A stretch of DNA of 63,849 nucleotides, filler included, from an uncultured Methanosarcinales archaeon (GTDB taxonomy: Archaea; Nanobdellota; Nanobdellia; Woesearchaeales; GW2011-AR9): assembly GCA_964434885.1 (NCBI GenBank). It is 6 parts of 6 records of this genome, joined end to end, with 100 filler letters (N's around TTAATTAATTAA, not from the genome) between each part and the next. Parts side by side here need not be neighbours in the genome. Positions count along the whole stretch, not along the records: positions 48,123 to 58,701 come from CAYSWQ010000033.1; positions 58,802 to 63,849 come from CAYSWQ010000057.1; 4 more parts are not named here. One strand, 5' to 3'. Shown one piece after another: positions 49,520-58,802 of the stretch; position 1 is the first letter of the stretch; each line of letters opens with the position of its first letter. The notes beneath the pieces are model-generated. The model worked only from the letters and a program-made list of their open reading frames with translations. It did no database searches and was not told the origin of the DNA. Position numbers and translations under genes: made by a program.

Positions 49520-50149
49520 ATGGAAAATCAATTAAAAACTGGAACTACTACTGTAGGAATTGTGTGTAAAGATGGGATTGTGATTGGAGCAGATAAAAGA
49601 GCTACAGCTGGCAATCTAATTGTGGATAAAAGAGCAGACAAAGTACATTTAATCAATGATAATGTAGCAGTAACTATTGCTGGAACTGTTAGCGATGCTC
49701 AACTATTGATTAAGTTAATTAGAGCAGAATTAAAATTAAAAGAAATTAGAACTAATAAAATCCCTTCAATGAAAGAATCAGCTAACTTATTAGGTGGATT
49801 ATTATATTCAAATATTAGAAGACCAAGTATGTTACCTGGAATTGCTCATTTTTTGATGGCAGGAAGAGATAAATTAGGTGCGCACTTGTATGATTTATTT
49901 CCAGATGGAAGTGTTACTAAAGTAAAAGATTTTATCAGCTCTGGATCTGGTTCAGTTTTTGCTTATGGGGTTTTAGAAAGCCAATACACTCCAGAAATTA
50001 CTATTGCTGAAGGAGTTGAATTGATTACCAAAGCAATCAATACTGCTTTGCAAAGAGATTCCTGTTCAGGAAATGGTCTTGATGTAGTAACAGTTACTAA
50101 TCAAGAAATAAAAAAAGCTCGTCATCGAGAAATAACTACTGAATTATAA
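49520..50149 (+). CDS. psmB: Proteasome beta subunit
   Basis: KTG|TTTVG processing site, ADKRAT, SGSGS, RD..SG.G. Confidence 0.95.
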   Translation: MENQLKTGTTTVGIVCKDGIVIGADKRATAGNLIVDKRADKVHLINDNVAVTIAGTVSDAQLLIKLIRAELKLKEIRTNKIPSMKESANLLGGLLYSNIRRPSMLPGIAHFLMAGRDKLGAHLYDLFPDGSVTKVKDFISSGSGSVFAYGVLESQYTPEITIAEGVELITKAINTALQRDSCSGNGLDVVTVTNQEIKKARHREITTEL

Positions 50150-50264
50150 ATTTAGTTTTAAAGGGAAATTAAATATTTTCCTATTTGTAAAAAGTAAGGG
50201 GAGAGATTAAAATAACTGAGAAAAATTCTTTTCGAATTTTTGGAAGACTACGGAGGTTTTGAAT

Positions 50265-52154
50265 ATGCCAGATATACTAAAAGAAATTATCAAAAAATTA
50301 CCAGCAGGAAAAATATCAGATGGTGCTTTTGAAGCAGCTAATATTGTACTTTATACTAAAGATAAAGATTACTTCTTAGATAACAAAGGAACAATTAAAG
50401 AAGCAGTGAAGGAATTTAAGAAAAGGATAGAATTGAGACCTGACCCCTCGATGTGTATGACTTTGGAAGACGCAGAGAAACAGATTAGGAAAATTCTACC
50501 AAAAGAATGTGAAGTGAAAGAAGTAATTTTTGACCCTCCGAGATCAATGGTTATTGTTCATGTGGAAAAACCAGGTTTAGCTATTGGAAAACAAGGAGAA
50601 TTGTTAAGGGAAATCAAAGCCAAAACGATGTGGGTCCCATTTATCAAAAGAATTCCCCCTTTAAGATCAAAATTAACTGAAAGTATTAGGTCAGTATTAT
50701 ATGAAAATGCTGATTACCGAAAGAAATTTCTAAATAAAACAGGCCATCGTATTTATGATGGTTGGTTAAGAGAGAAAAAACATGAATGGGTAAGAACTTC
50801 TTTTTTGGGGGCTGCTCGACAAGTAGGTCGTTCATGTATTTTATTACAAACTCCAGAATCAAGAATTATTTTAGATTGTGGAATTGATGTTAGTCAAGAT
50901 GGTTCGGAAATGTATCCTTTTTTAGATGCTCCTGAATTTAATGTGAGTGAAATTGATGCAGTAGTTATAAGTCATTCTCACTTAGACCATACTGGATTAT
51001 TACCTTATTTGTTTAAATTTGGTTACAAAGGGCCAGTTTATTGTACTTTACCAACTAGAGACATAATGTCCCTATTGCAATTAGATATGGTTAAGATTCA
51101 AAGAAGTGAAGGAAAAGAACCAATCTATACTAGTGAAGAAGTAAAAGACTCTGTGTTGCATACTATCCCGATTGATTATGATTCAGTAACAGATATCACG
51201 CCTGATGTTCGTCTTACTTTTTATAACGCAGGCCATATGTTAGGAAGTTCTGTAGTTCATTTAAATATTGGAAATGGATTACATAATTTAGTTTATACTG
51301 GAGACATCAAATATAGTCGAACTAATTTGTTAGAATCAGCTAACACTCAATTTCCAAGAGTAGAAACAATGATTATTGAATCTACTTATGGTGGAAAAGA
51401 TAATACTTTAGATGAAACAGAAGCAGATAACTATATGATCCAAGTAGTTAAAGATACTATTGCACGTAAAGGTAAAATCTTAATGCCAGTATTAGGTAGT
51501 GGTCGGGCACAAGAAGTAATGATTATTATTGAAAGATTAGTTCGGGAAAAGAAAATTCCAGAAGTTCCAGTTTACATTGATGGAATGTTATGGGATATTA
51601 CAGCCATTCATACTGCCTATCCAGAATTTTTGAATAGAAATATTAGGCAACAGATTTTCCATAAAGATAATAACCCTTTCTTATCACCAATCTTTAAGAA
51701 AGTTGGTTCAGCCAAAGAAAGAAAACAAGTAATTGAAAGTGATGGACCTTGTTTAATTTTAGCTACTTCAGGAATGCTTACTGGAGGACCTTCAGTAGAA
51801 TATTTTAAGAAACTGGCAGAAAATAAAAATCATTGTTTGGTATTTTCTTGTTATCAACCCCCAGGAAGTATGGGACATAGAGTTAGAGAAGGAGAAAGAG
51901 AAATTCACACTAAAGAAGGTAATAAAATGCAAGTTCTAAATGTTAAAATGGAAGTGCATAAGATTGAAATTACTGGACATTCTGATCGAAGACAATTAAT
52001 GAATTATGTGAAGAGATGTAATCCTTCTCCTCGGAAAGTGATTGTGATTCACGGAGAAAGTTCTAGGTGTTTGGATCTAGCTTCTTCTATCCATAAACAA
52101 AATCGGATTGAGACAGTTGCACCCAAGAATCTGGAAGTTGTGCGGATAAGGTAA
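50265..52154 (+). CDS. fttA: aCPSF1 / FttA (KH - metallo-beta-lactamase - beta-CASP)
   Basis: KPGLAIGK KH motif, QVGRSC, SHSHLDH, AGH.LGS, GRAQE, GHSDR, HGE; follows psmB as is usual in archaea. Confidence 0.95.
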   Translation: MPDILKEIIKKLPAGKISDGAFEAANIVLYTKDKDYFLDNKGTIKEAVKEFKKRIELRPDPSMCMTLEDAEKQIRKILPKECEVKEVIFDPPRSMVIVHVEKPGLAIGKQGELLREIKAKTMWVPFIKRIPPLRSKLTESIRSVLYENADYRKKFLNKTGHRIYDGWLREKKHEWVRTSFLGAARQVGRSCILLQTPESRIILDCGIDVSQDGSEMYPFLDAPEFNVSEIDAVVISHSHLDHTGLLPYLFKFGYKGPVYCTLPTRDIMSLLQLDMVKIQRSEGKEPIYTSEEVKDSVLHTIPIDYDSVTDITPDVRLTFYNAGHMLGSSVVHLNIGNGLHNLVYTGDIKYSRTNLLESANTQFPRVETMIIESTYGGKDNTLDETEADNYMIQVVKDTIARKGKILMPVLGSGRAQEVMIIIERLVREKKIPEVPVYIDGMLWDITAIHTAYPEFLNRNIRQQIFHKDNNPFLSPIFKKVGSAKERKQVIESDGPCLILATSGMLTGGPSVEYFKKLAENKNHCLVFSCYQPPGSMGHRVREGEREIHTKEGNKMQVLNVKMEVHKIEITGHSDRRQLMNYVKRCNPSPRKVIVIHGESSRCLDLASSIHKQNRIETVAPKNLEVVRIR

Positions 52155-52319
52155 TTATTTTTCTATTTTTTATTCTTATATATTAGTAGTATGGAATTTA
52201 TCAGCAAAGGCAGTATAATTTTCTCATTTCTAAAAGCTAGTGAAACAGAGTGTTTGTATTTAGCCTTCTCATGAAAACGAAAGATTTATATATTACTTAA
52301 AGTAATAACATTATTACTA

Positions 52320-52919
52320 ATGGTAATAACTAAAACGAGGGCTAAAATTCTTGGCTTTCTCCTAGAAGATCCTCTGTTAGAACATAGTATCCGGGAAATC
52401 TCATTACATACTAATATTAACTATCGTTTAGTTTATCAAGAAATTATGAATCTTAAAAATGAAGAATTAATAGTAATTCAAAAAAAAGGTTCAGGTAGTT
52501 TCTGTAAAGTCAATTTATCTAAAAATCCCTCCCTGTATGGTTGTATTGAAGACTTTCGTAAACAAGAATTTCAAAAAAAACATCCTAGAATAAAAGTTAT
52601 TGTTCACGAATTAAAAAAAATATCAACTGTTTATTATTCAGTTATTCTTTTTGGTAGTTATGTAAAAGGGGAGATAAATAAAAACAGCGATCTGGATTTG
52701 TTATTTATTATTCCCAATAATATTAATGTAGAAAAGTTTGAAAAAGAAGTTAATTCTGTTTTAAGATTACTTAGTTATCCTTTGGATATTAATGTCATTT
52801 CAGAAGTCAGTTTTTTAGAAATGAAAAAAGAATCTGAATTAAACTTAGTTAATGAACTAAGGGGAAACCACATTATCTTAAAAGGAGGAGAGCTTTATTA
52901 TCAATTATTATCAAAATGA
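52320..52919 (+). CDS. wHTH-minimal nucleotidyltransferase (MNT antitoxin)
   Basis: N-terminal HTH (SIREIS), then LFGSYVKG....SDLDL. Confidence 0.85.
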   Translation: MVITKTRAKILGFLLEDPLLEHSIREISLHTNINYRLVYQEIMNLKNEELIVIQKKGSGSFCKVNLSKNPSLYGCIEDFRKQEFQKKHPRIKVIVHELKKISTVYYSVILFGSYVKGEINKNSDLDLLFIIPNNINVEKFEKEVNSVLRLLSYPLDINVISEVSFLEMKKESELNLVNELRGNHIILKGGELYYQLLSK

Positions 52920-53509
52920 TTACTGAACAAGATATCAAAGAATCAAGAAGCGCCATCCAAAAACTGATTCAAGAAGGGTTGATTATTCATTCAGATCAAA
53001 AATATGTTGACTTTTTCTTAAAGAAAGCAGAACAATCATTACAAACTGCCCAAGGTATTTTCAAAATATCTCAAGAACCAAGTTTGAAAGAAAGTTTACA
53101 CTTATCTTTGTCTTATGAAGGTTATATGTAGACCATTAACGCTGCCTATTACACTATGTTTTATGCTGGTACTGCTTTATTAGCAAAATATAATCATCGT
53201 CTCAAAATAGACCAAGGGGTTCATCCTCTTACTTACCACGCATTAGTTTATTATTTTCTAGACAATGACAAGAAATTATCCAAACATATTTTAGAACAGT
53301 ACCAACAGGCAGAAAATGAAGCAGCAGAATTATTACAAGCTGCTGAACAAGAAGCTAGAGAACAAATTGAAACCATTAAATTTGAACTATCAAAACGAAG
53401 AGAATTTACTTATGAAATGGGTAAGATAGCGGAAAGAAATAAAGCTGAGACTTCAATTAAAAGAGCAGAAAGTTTCCTAATGTTGATTAAGGAGTTGATA
53501 CTCTCTTAG
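52916..53509 (+). pseudogene. HEPN-domain protein split by an in-frame TAG (53129-53131)
   Basis: The two track ORFs are in one frame: ...GYM*TINAAYYTMFY...KRREFTY...AESF; coupled to MNT by an ATGA overlap. Confidence 0.8.
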
Positions 53510-53594
53510 TTTTTCTTAGAGAAACCAATGATTGATAGAATTAGATAAACAACAGGTAAATTTTATAAAGAAACTTCTTATTTTATTTTTTATT

Positions 53595-53608
53595 GCCAAC
53601 GTCGCATA
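53595..53608 (+). repeat. Exact copy of the first 14 nt of tRNA-Ser
   Basis: GCCAACGTCGCATA at 53595-53608 and 53653-53666. Confidence 0.9.
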
Positions 53609-53652
53609 CATCAAGGGATATTCTTCCCTTTAGTCGCGCCATTGTCATAAAT

Positions 53653-53736
53653 GCCAACGTCGCATAACCTGGTATTGCGCTGGCCTTGAGAGCCAGTTTC
53701 CTCACGGATATCCCAGTTCAAATCTGGGCGTTGGCG
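53653..53736 (+). tRNA. tRNA-Ser(TGA)
   Basis: Acceptor GCCAACG/CGTTGGC, discriminator G, anticodon arm CTGGC-CTTGAGA-GCCAG, long variable arm, CCCAG-TTCAAAT-CTGGG. Confidence 0.92.
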
Positions 53737-53766
53737 TGTTTTTATTAAACAGAAGGTGATTGTTAA

Positions 53767-53994
53767 ATGATAGAGTTTGTAGGTAAAATAAAAGGAGATA
53801 CACACACAAGATGGTTTTCTTTGAAATTGTCCAATCCAGCAGTAGTTGGCAAAGGTGGTAATTCTAAAACAGAAGAAGGAGAAATAACTCTTTCGTTTGA
53901 TGATAAGATTACAGAAAGTTTGAAAAAAAGATTAGGTTTAGAATTTCCTGGTAATTATTTGAATAAGAAAAGAATTATTATTAAAATTGAATAG
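53767..53994 (+). CDS. Small hypothetical protein
   Basis: 75 aa; RBS-like GGTGA upstream. Confidence 0.5.
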   Translation: MIEFVGKIKGDTHTRWFSLKLSNPAVVGKGGNSKTEEGEITLSFDDKITESLKKRLGLEFPGNYLNKKRIIIKIE

Positions 53995-54042
53995 ATTGTT
54001 GTTAACAAAAGATTTATAAAATAATTTAATCTATCTAATATT

Positions 54043-55242
54043 ATGGTGATAGGTAAAAAAGTAAGTGTTGTTTTTTTAGTTTTGATTTTATCTGCGTTAG
54101 TTTTTGCTGCAGAGAATGAAACAAAGGAATTAACTAATAATTCTAAAGTGATTGATGGTGTAAATAAAAGTACAAAATTAGGGAAAATAGTTGTTTCACA
54201 AAAAACAGTTGATGATTCTTGTCTATATTATTTCTATGGGATGGGTTGTTTGTTATGTAAAGAAACTGATTCTTTTATTGCGGGGTTAACTGGAAAATAT
54301 CCAGAATTAAAGATTAAAAAATATGAAATCTACTATAATAAAACTAATCGGCAATTATTAAATAATTATTTTGATGTGTATGGAATTACACAAAGCCAAC
54401 AAGGGTTGCCAGTTGTATTTATGTCAAAAAGTTATTTTTTGGGTGCTAAAGCAATAACAAATTTTTTAGAAGGAACAATAAAAAGTAGCTCTGATTCTTC
54501 CTGTCCAGATTTAAGTAACAAAGAAGTTGTTGGGATAGTGAGTAAACAAAAATCTCCTAAGAACTTAATTGAAACTATTTCCTTTTCAATGATAGTTAGT
54601 GGTGCTTTTGAAAATAATCTTACTCCAGCAGCATTATCTATTTTGATGGTGTTAATGATTTTATTTTTGGGATTTAAATTAAGAAGAAAATTGATTGTTG
54701 GTGGTTTATTATTTGTAGTGGCTGTTTTTGTAACTAAATTATTAATTGGTGTGCAAGTTATTTTACCCATAAAATATGATATTTTTTCCTGGTTAGGATG
54801 GTTAGGTATTTTAGTAGGCTTGTATGGTTTCAAAAGAAAATATTGGGCTAGAAAATTATTTGTGATTCCAGAAAAAATAAAAAAAGTAGTTGTTAAAGTT
54901 GTAACTAATCTTGGAGCAATTTTTATTTTTGGAGTGTTGGTGAGTTTGTTTGAATTAACAAACAAAGGAATCTATAAAACTTTATTAGAATTAACTGCAG
55001 ATCAAGTTACTAAAAATGCAGCCTTGCCTTTGTTATTATTCCATAATTTCTTCTTTATCTTGTATTTGATAGTGGTTGTTTTGATATTTGGGTATAGTCT
55101 AAAAAGAAAAGCTGCTAAAAAAGGGAAATTGGACATTCCTGATGGGATTGAGAATAGAGTTAAGACCAATATTAGTTCCTTGCATTTTATGGTAAGTTTA
55201 GTTATTTTTATTTTGGGAATTGTATTGGCTTTTGTGATTTGA
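54043..55242 (+). CDS. Thioredoxin-fold domain + CcdA/DsbD-like membrane domain protein
   Basis: Signal peptide, FYG.GCLLC, GLP.VF, then about six TMs. Confidence 0.65.
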   Translation: MVIGKKVSVVFLVLILSALVFAAENETKELTNNSKVIDGVNKSTKLGKIVVSQKTVDDSCLYYFYGMGCLLCKETDSFIAGLTGKYPELKIKKYEIYYNKTNRQLLNNYFDVYGITQSQQGLPVVFMSKSYFLGAKAITNFLEGTIKSSSDSSCPDLSNKEVVGIVSKQKSPKNLIETISFSMIVSGAFENNLTPAALSILMVLMILFLGFKLRRKLIVGGLLFVVAVFVTKLLIGVQVILPIKYDIFSWLGWLGILVGLYGFKRKYWARKLFVIPEKIKKVVVKVVTNLGAIFIFGVLVSLFELTNKGIYKTLLELTADQVTKNAALPLLLFHNFFFILYLIVVVLIFGYSLKRKAAKKGKLDIPDGIENRVKTNISSLHFMVSLVIFILGIVLAFVI

Positions 55243-55271
55243 TTTTTTATCATTTTTGAATGAAACTAAAA

Positions 55272-55281
55272 TTATTTAAAT
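55272..55281 (+). promoter_or_regulatory. Putative archaeal TATA box for the downstream ncRNA
   Basis: TTATTTAAAT preceded by A-rich AAACTAAAA, about 22-30 nt before the structured region. Confidence 0.45.
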
Positions 55282-55302
55282 GTAGATTGAATTGTTAAAA
55301 AC

Positions 55303-55450
55303 CTGTTCGCGGGAGAATTGAACTTGTTGATTCCTTCGGGTTGATTCAAGTGATGCTTCGGACGCGAATAGAACTGCTGTTTGCAGAAGAATTGGTCTTT
55401 GCTTTTGATCTTCGGATCTTTTGCTTTGATTGGCTTCGGATGTGGACAGC
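55303..55450 (+). ncRNA. Putative novel structured RNA: two tandem UUCG-capped rods, each with a BHB-like motif
   Basis: CTGTTCGCG/CGCGAATAG and GCTGTTTGCA/TGTGGACAGC closing stems; GRAG-AAT / CTTC-GGA in both rods; cTTCGg loops; G-U pairs favour the + strand. Confidence 0.65.
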
Positions 55451-56043
55451 TATATTTTCTTATTTTTGTTCATCTTTTTTGTTAGAGAAACAAATTCTTT
55501 TCCAATCAATTTTAACATCTTCTTTTGTTTTCGAGAAACTAATAAAAGTGAACTAATGTGATTTTTATGAGGGGAATCCATAAAAGAAATAGAATGTTCT
55601 AAAGGAAGATTTCTTAATAATAAACGATTGACTTTGTTGTACATTAAATTTAAGTTTTGTAAGTTAAAATCTAATTGTTTTACTTCATCTACTAAGTTAT
55701 TTAGTTTCAAATAATCATCATTAATGAATTTGTTAATTAACATCTTAGGTTTATTTTCATCTCCGTTTAAACTCGTTAATTTTAATTCGATTAAATATTG
55801 AGCTAAGGAAGAAAGTTTTTCTTGAGTATATTGGGCGTATTTTAGTTCTTGAAATAATTTTGGATAAATTGAAAGATGGCTATTAATTCTTTTTTTGGTA
55901 TCTGATTCTAAATCTTTAAGAAAAGGGAAATGGGAATTAGTATTTGGTTTTATTTGTTTTAACCAAGAATTTCTAAATTGGTGTAAGGTTTTATGGATGT
56001 GGTTTAACCCATCAATCTCTTTTTTTAATTCTCGTAATTGCAT
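55450..56043 (-). CDS. Hypothetical helical protein
   Basis: 197-aa ORF with a TATA-like site upstream. Confidence 0.6.
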   Translation of the reverse strand: MQLRELKKEIDGLNHIHKTLHQFRNSWLKQIKPNTNSHFPFLKDLESDTKKRINSHLSIYPKLFQELKYAQYTQEKLSSLAQYLIELKLTSLNGDENKPKMLINKFINDDYLKLNNLVDEVKQLDFNLQNLNLMYNKVNRLLLRNLPLEHSISFMDSPHKNHISSLLLVSRKQKKMLKLIGKEFVSLTKKMNKNKKI

Positions 56044-56122
56044 AATTATTTTATTTTTGTTAGTTATATAAATCTTACTAATTCTACTAAAAATTTATAA
56101 ACTCTTAAAATTTACTTTTTTT

Positions 56123-56533
56123 ATGGCAAAGAAGCATATTCTTCATCATAAACACCACCCAGTTTTACGAGAAAGGTTAACTTTGGGACAAAGAGCTTCC
56201 GATGGAATTGCTAAATTTGGTGGAAGTTGGACTTTTATTATTTTTTTTGGGGTCTTTTTATTGATTTGGATGTTAATTAATACTTGGTTATTAACAAGAA
56301 CTCCTTTCGACCCTTATCCTTTTATTTTGTTAAATTTAGTACTATCTTGTTTAGCTTCGATCCAAGCACCAATTATTCTGATGGCCCAAAATAGACAAGC
56401 GGAAAGAGATCGAATTGATGCTAAATATGATCATGTAGTTAATAGAAAAGCAGAAAGAGAAATCCAAGCCATTTTAAAAGAAATTGAAAAGATTCATGCT
56501 AAGTTGAATGAGATTAGAAGGAATGGGAAATAA
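56123..56533 (+). CDS. DUF1003 membrane protein
   Basis: FGGSW.FI, FDPYPFILLNL.LS, QAP.I.M.QNRQ. Confidence 0.9.
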   Translation: MAKKHILHHKHHPVLRERLTLGQRASDGIAKFGGSWTFIIFFGVFLLIWMLINTWLLTRTPFDPYPFILLNLVLSCLASIQAPIILMAQNRQAERDRIDAKYDHVVNRKAEREIQAILKEIEKIHAKLNEIRRNGK

Positions 56534-56552
56534 AAAAAATTCTTAAAAAAAA

Positions 56553-58553
56553 TTAAAAAAACTTTAGGCCATAAGCCACGAATAAAGGTGCAAAGACTAT
56601 GGCGAAAGTATTGATAACTTTGATTAAAGCGTTCAACGCAGGTCCAGCAGTATCTTTAAATGGATCCCCTACTGTGTCTCCAACTACTGCAGCTTTGTGA
56701 GCTTCTGAACCTTTCCCACCATGTTTACCATCTTCAATGTGTTTCTTAGCATTATCCCAAGCAGCCCCACTATTAGCCATGAATAAAGCAACTAGTAAAC
56801 CAGAGACAATAACTCCAATTAATAATCCACCTAACGCTTTAATTCCCAATAGTAAACCAACCAATAAAGGGGATAAAACTGCTAAAACTGCTGGCCAAAT
56901 CATACTTCTCAAAGCTGATTTAGTTACAATATCTACACATCTACTATACTCAGGTTTAGCTTTGCCTTCCATAATTCCTTTAATTTCTTTGAATTGTCTT
57001 CTTACTTCCACTACAATTTCATGAGCACTATTTCCAACTGCAGTCATACATAAAGCTGAAAAAAGGAAAGGCAACAATCCACCAATAAACAAACCAACCA
57101 ATACGGTTGGATCAGTTAAAGCGAAATTAATAGCTTGGCCTTTAATTTCATGAATAAAAGCGGCGAATAAAGCAAGAGCAGCTAAAGCAGCAGAACCAAT
57201 AGCATAACCTTTAGTTACTGCTTTAGTAGTATTCCCAACAGCATCTAAGGCATCAGTATTGTTTCTTACTTTTTTAGGTAAGCCACTCATTTCAGCAATT
57301 CCACCAGCATTATCTGTAATTGGTCCATAGCTATCTAAAGCAATAATGATTCCAGTTAAAGAAAGCATAGCAATAGCAGCAATAGCAATTCCATAAATAC
57401 CTGCTAAAAAATATGCTCCCAAAATACCTGCACAAATAATCAATACTGGCCACAAGGTGCTTCTTAATCCAAAAGCTAGTCCAGTGATAAGATTTGTCCC
57501 CGCACCAGTTTCTGAAGCTTCAGCAATCTTTCTAACTGGTTTGTAACTAGTGGAAGTATAGTATTCAGTAATAATATTAATTAATACTGTAATAACTAGT
57601 CCGATTAGACTTGCTAGGAAGAGATTTAATGGGTTTCCAGTTAGATAGGTAACTACATAAAAACCACCTGCAGAAAACAATCCAGCAGCAATTAAACCCT
57701 TGTATAAAGCGCCCATGATATTTTTCTTTTTTCCTAAACGAACGAATAAGGTTCCAATAATAGAACCAATAATAGCTACTGAACCAAGCATTAATGGATA
57801 TTCAACAGCCATATTATAACTGTTAGCTACAGAAGGAATCATTGCTAAAAGCATTCCTGCTAATAAAGTAACAACATATGTTTCGTAGAGATCTGCTCCC
57901 ATTCCAGCACAATCTCCCACATTATCTCCAACATTATCCGCAATAGTAGCTGGGTTTCTCGGATCGTCTTCTGGAATTCCTGCTTCTACTTTACCAACTA
58001 AATCAGCTCCAACATCTGCTGCTTTAGTATAGATTCCTCCTCCCACTCTAGCTAATAAAGAAACAAGAGAAGCTCGAAAACCGAAACCTACCAACAAAGC
58101 AGGACTTTTGAAAATAGTGTAAAAAACACTAACAACGAACAAAGCCAATCCAACTACTGCCATTCCAGTTACAGAACCACCTTTGAAAGCAACACTTAAT
58201 GCTTCTTTAAGTCCTTTCTTAGCAGTTGCGGCAGTTCGAACATTAGCTCGCACGGAAATAGTCATTCCAATATATCCAGAAACGGCAGAGAGAATTGCCC
58301 CAAATAAGAATCCTAAAGCCACTGGATATTTGAATAAAATGGCCAAGATTATCGTAATTATTATGGCAAAAATACCAATAGTTTTGTATTGTCTAGCCAT
58401 ATAAGCCATCGCCCCTTCTTTGATAGCATCAGCAATTTCCTGCATCTTTTCAGTTCCAGGTTTAACTTTCATAATTCTAGAACTCAAGAAAGCAGCATAT
58501 GCCAATGCAATTAAACTAACAATTATTGCAATTATTCCAACTAAACTCATCAT
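56553..58553 (-). CDS. hppA: Membrane pyrophosphatase, predicted K+-independent H+-PPase
   Basis: [31 protein letters not shown] (Lys at the K+-dependence site), [10 protein letters not shown]. Confidence 0.95.
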   Translation of the reverse strand: MMSLVGIIAIIVSLIALAYAAFLSSRIMKVKPGTEKMQEIADAIKEGAMAYMARQYKTIGIFAIIITIILAILFKYPVALGFLFGAILSAVSGYIGMTISVRANVRTAATAKKGLKEALSVAFKGGSVTGMAVVGLALFVVSVFYTIFKSPALLVGFGFRASLVSLLARVGGGIYTKAADVGADLVGKVEAGIPEDDPRNPATIADNVGDNVGDCAGMGADLYETYVVTLLAGMLLAMIPSVANSYNMAVEYPLMLGSVAIIGSIIGTLFVRLGKKKNIMGALYKGLIAAGLFSAGGFYVVTYLTGNPLNLFLASLIGLVITVLINIITEYYTSTSYKPVRKIAEASETGAGTNLITGLAFGLRSTLWPVLIICAGILGAYFLAGIYGIAIAAIAMLSLTGIIIALDSYGPITDNAGGIAEMSGLPKKVRNNTDALDAVGNTTKAVTKGYAIGSAALAALALFAAFIHEIKGQAINFALTDPTVLVGLFIGGLLPFLFSALCMTAVGNSAHEIVVEVRRQFKEIKGIMEGKAKPEYSRCVDIVTKSALRSMIWPAVLAVLSPLLVGLLLGIKALGGLLIGVIVSGLLVALFMANSGAAWDNAKKHIEDGKHGGKGSEAHKAAVVGDTVGDPFKDTAGPALNALIKVINTFAIVFAPLFVAYGLKFF

Positions 58554-58701
58554 TATTAACCACCCTAAAGTATTTATTTGTTATTTTTAAGTAGATACTA
58601 ACTAGAAAAATAACTTATTTATATAGATTGTGGTGCTTAAGCAGACTTGTACTATCACGTTTTTAGTTCCGGTTAGTATTATGACTTTTGGTGGTCATAA
58701 T

Positions 58702-58801
58702 NNNNNNNNNNNNNNNNNNNNNNNNNNNNNNNNNNNNNNNNNNNNTTAATTAATTAANNNNNNNNNNNNNNNNNNNNNNNNNNNNNNNNNNNNNNNNNNN
58801 N
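58702..58801. other. Artificial contig linker
   Basis: N44-TTAATTAATTAA-N44. Confidence 0.97.
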
Positions 58802-58802
58802 A

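Noticed and set aside
22902..53509. Genome-wide TAG recoding or pyrrolysine, suggested by two in-frame ambers
   Set aside because: TAG ends conserved genes at their expected C-termini (mscS, mtnP-apt, rfcS), and no pyl genes are in the window.
53653..53736. tRNA-Sec (prompted by selU and the TGA triplet)
   Set aside because: The anticodon is TGA (reads UCA, Ser), not TCA, and the acceptor/T stems are the ordinary 7/5.
53611..53805. 64-aa minus-strand ORF
   Set aside because: Antisense shadow of tRNA-Ser.
55303..55371. SECIS element or C/D-box sRNA (TGA/TGA tandem, GTGATG)
   Set aside because: No Sec-type in-frame TGA in the flanking genes, no complete C and D boxes, and the second rod lacks the motif.
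55341..55556. 71-aa plus-strand ORF
   Set aside because: It overlaps the structured RNA and the opposite-strand gene; TTG start, no RBS.
58678..58701. Hairpin ATTATGAC/GTCATAAT at the contig end
   Set aside because: May be part of a larger repeat, but it is truncated by the gap and cannot be interpreted.
12430..58801. Five identical TTAATTAATTAA palindromes inside N runs
   Set aside because: Artificial spacers. The internal contigs decrease in length (12407, 11591, 11295, 10579 bp), so they are size-sorted, and no linkage across spacers was inferred.
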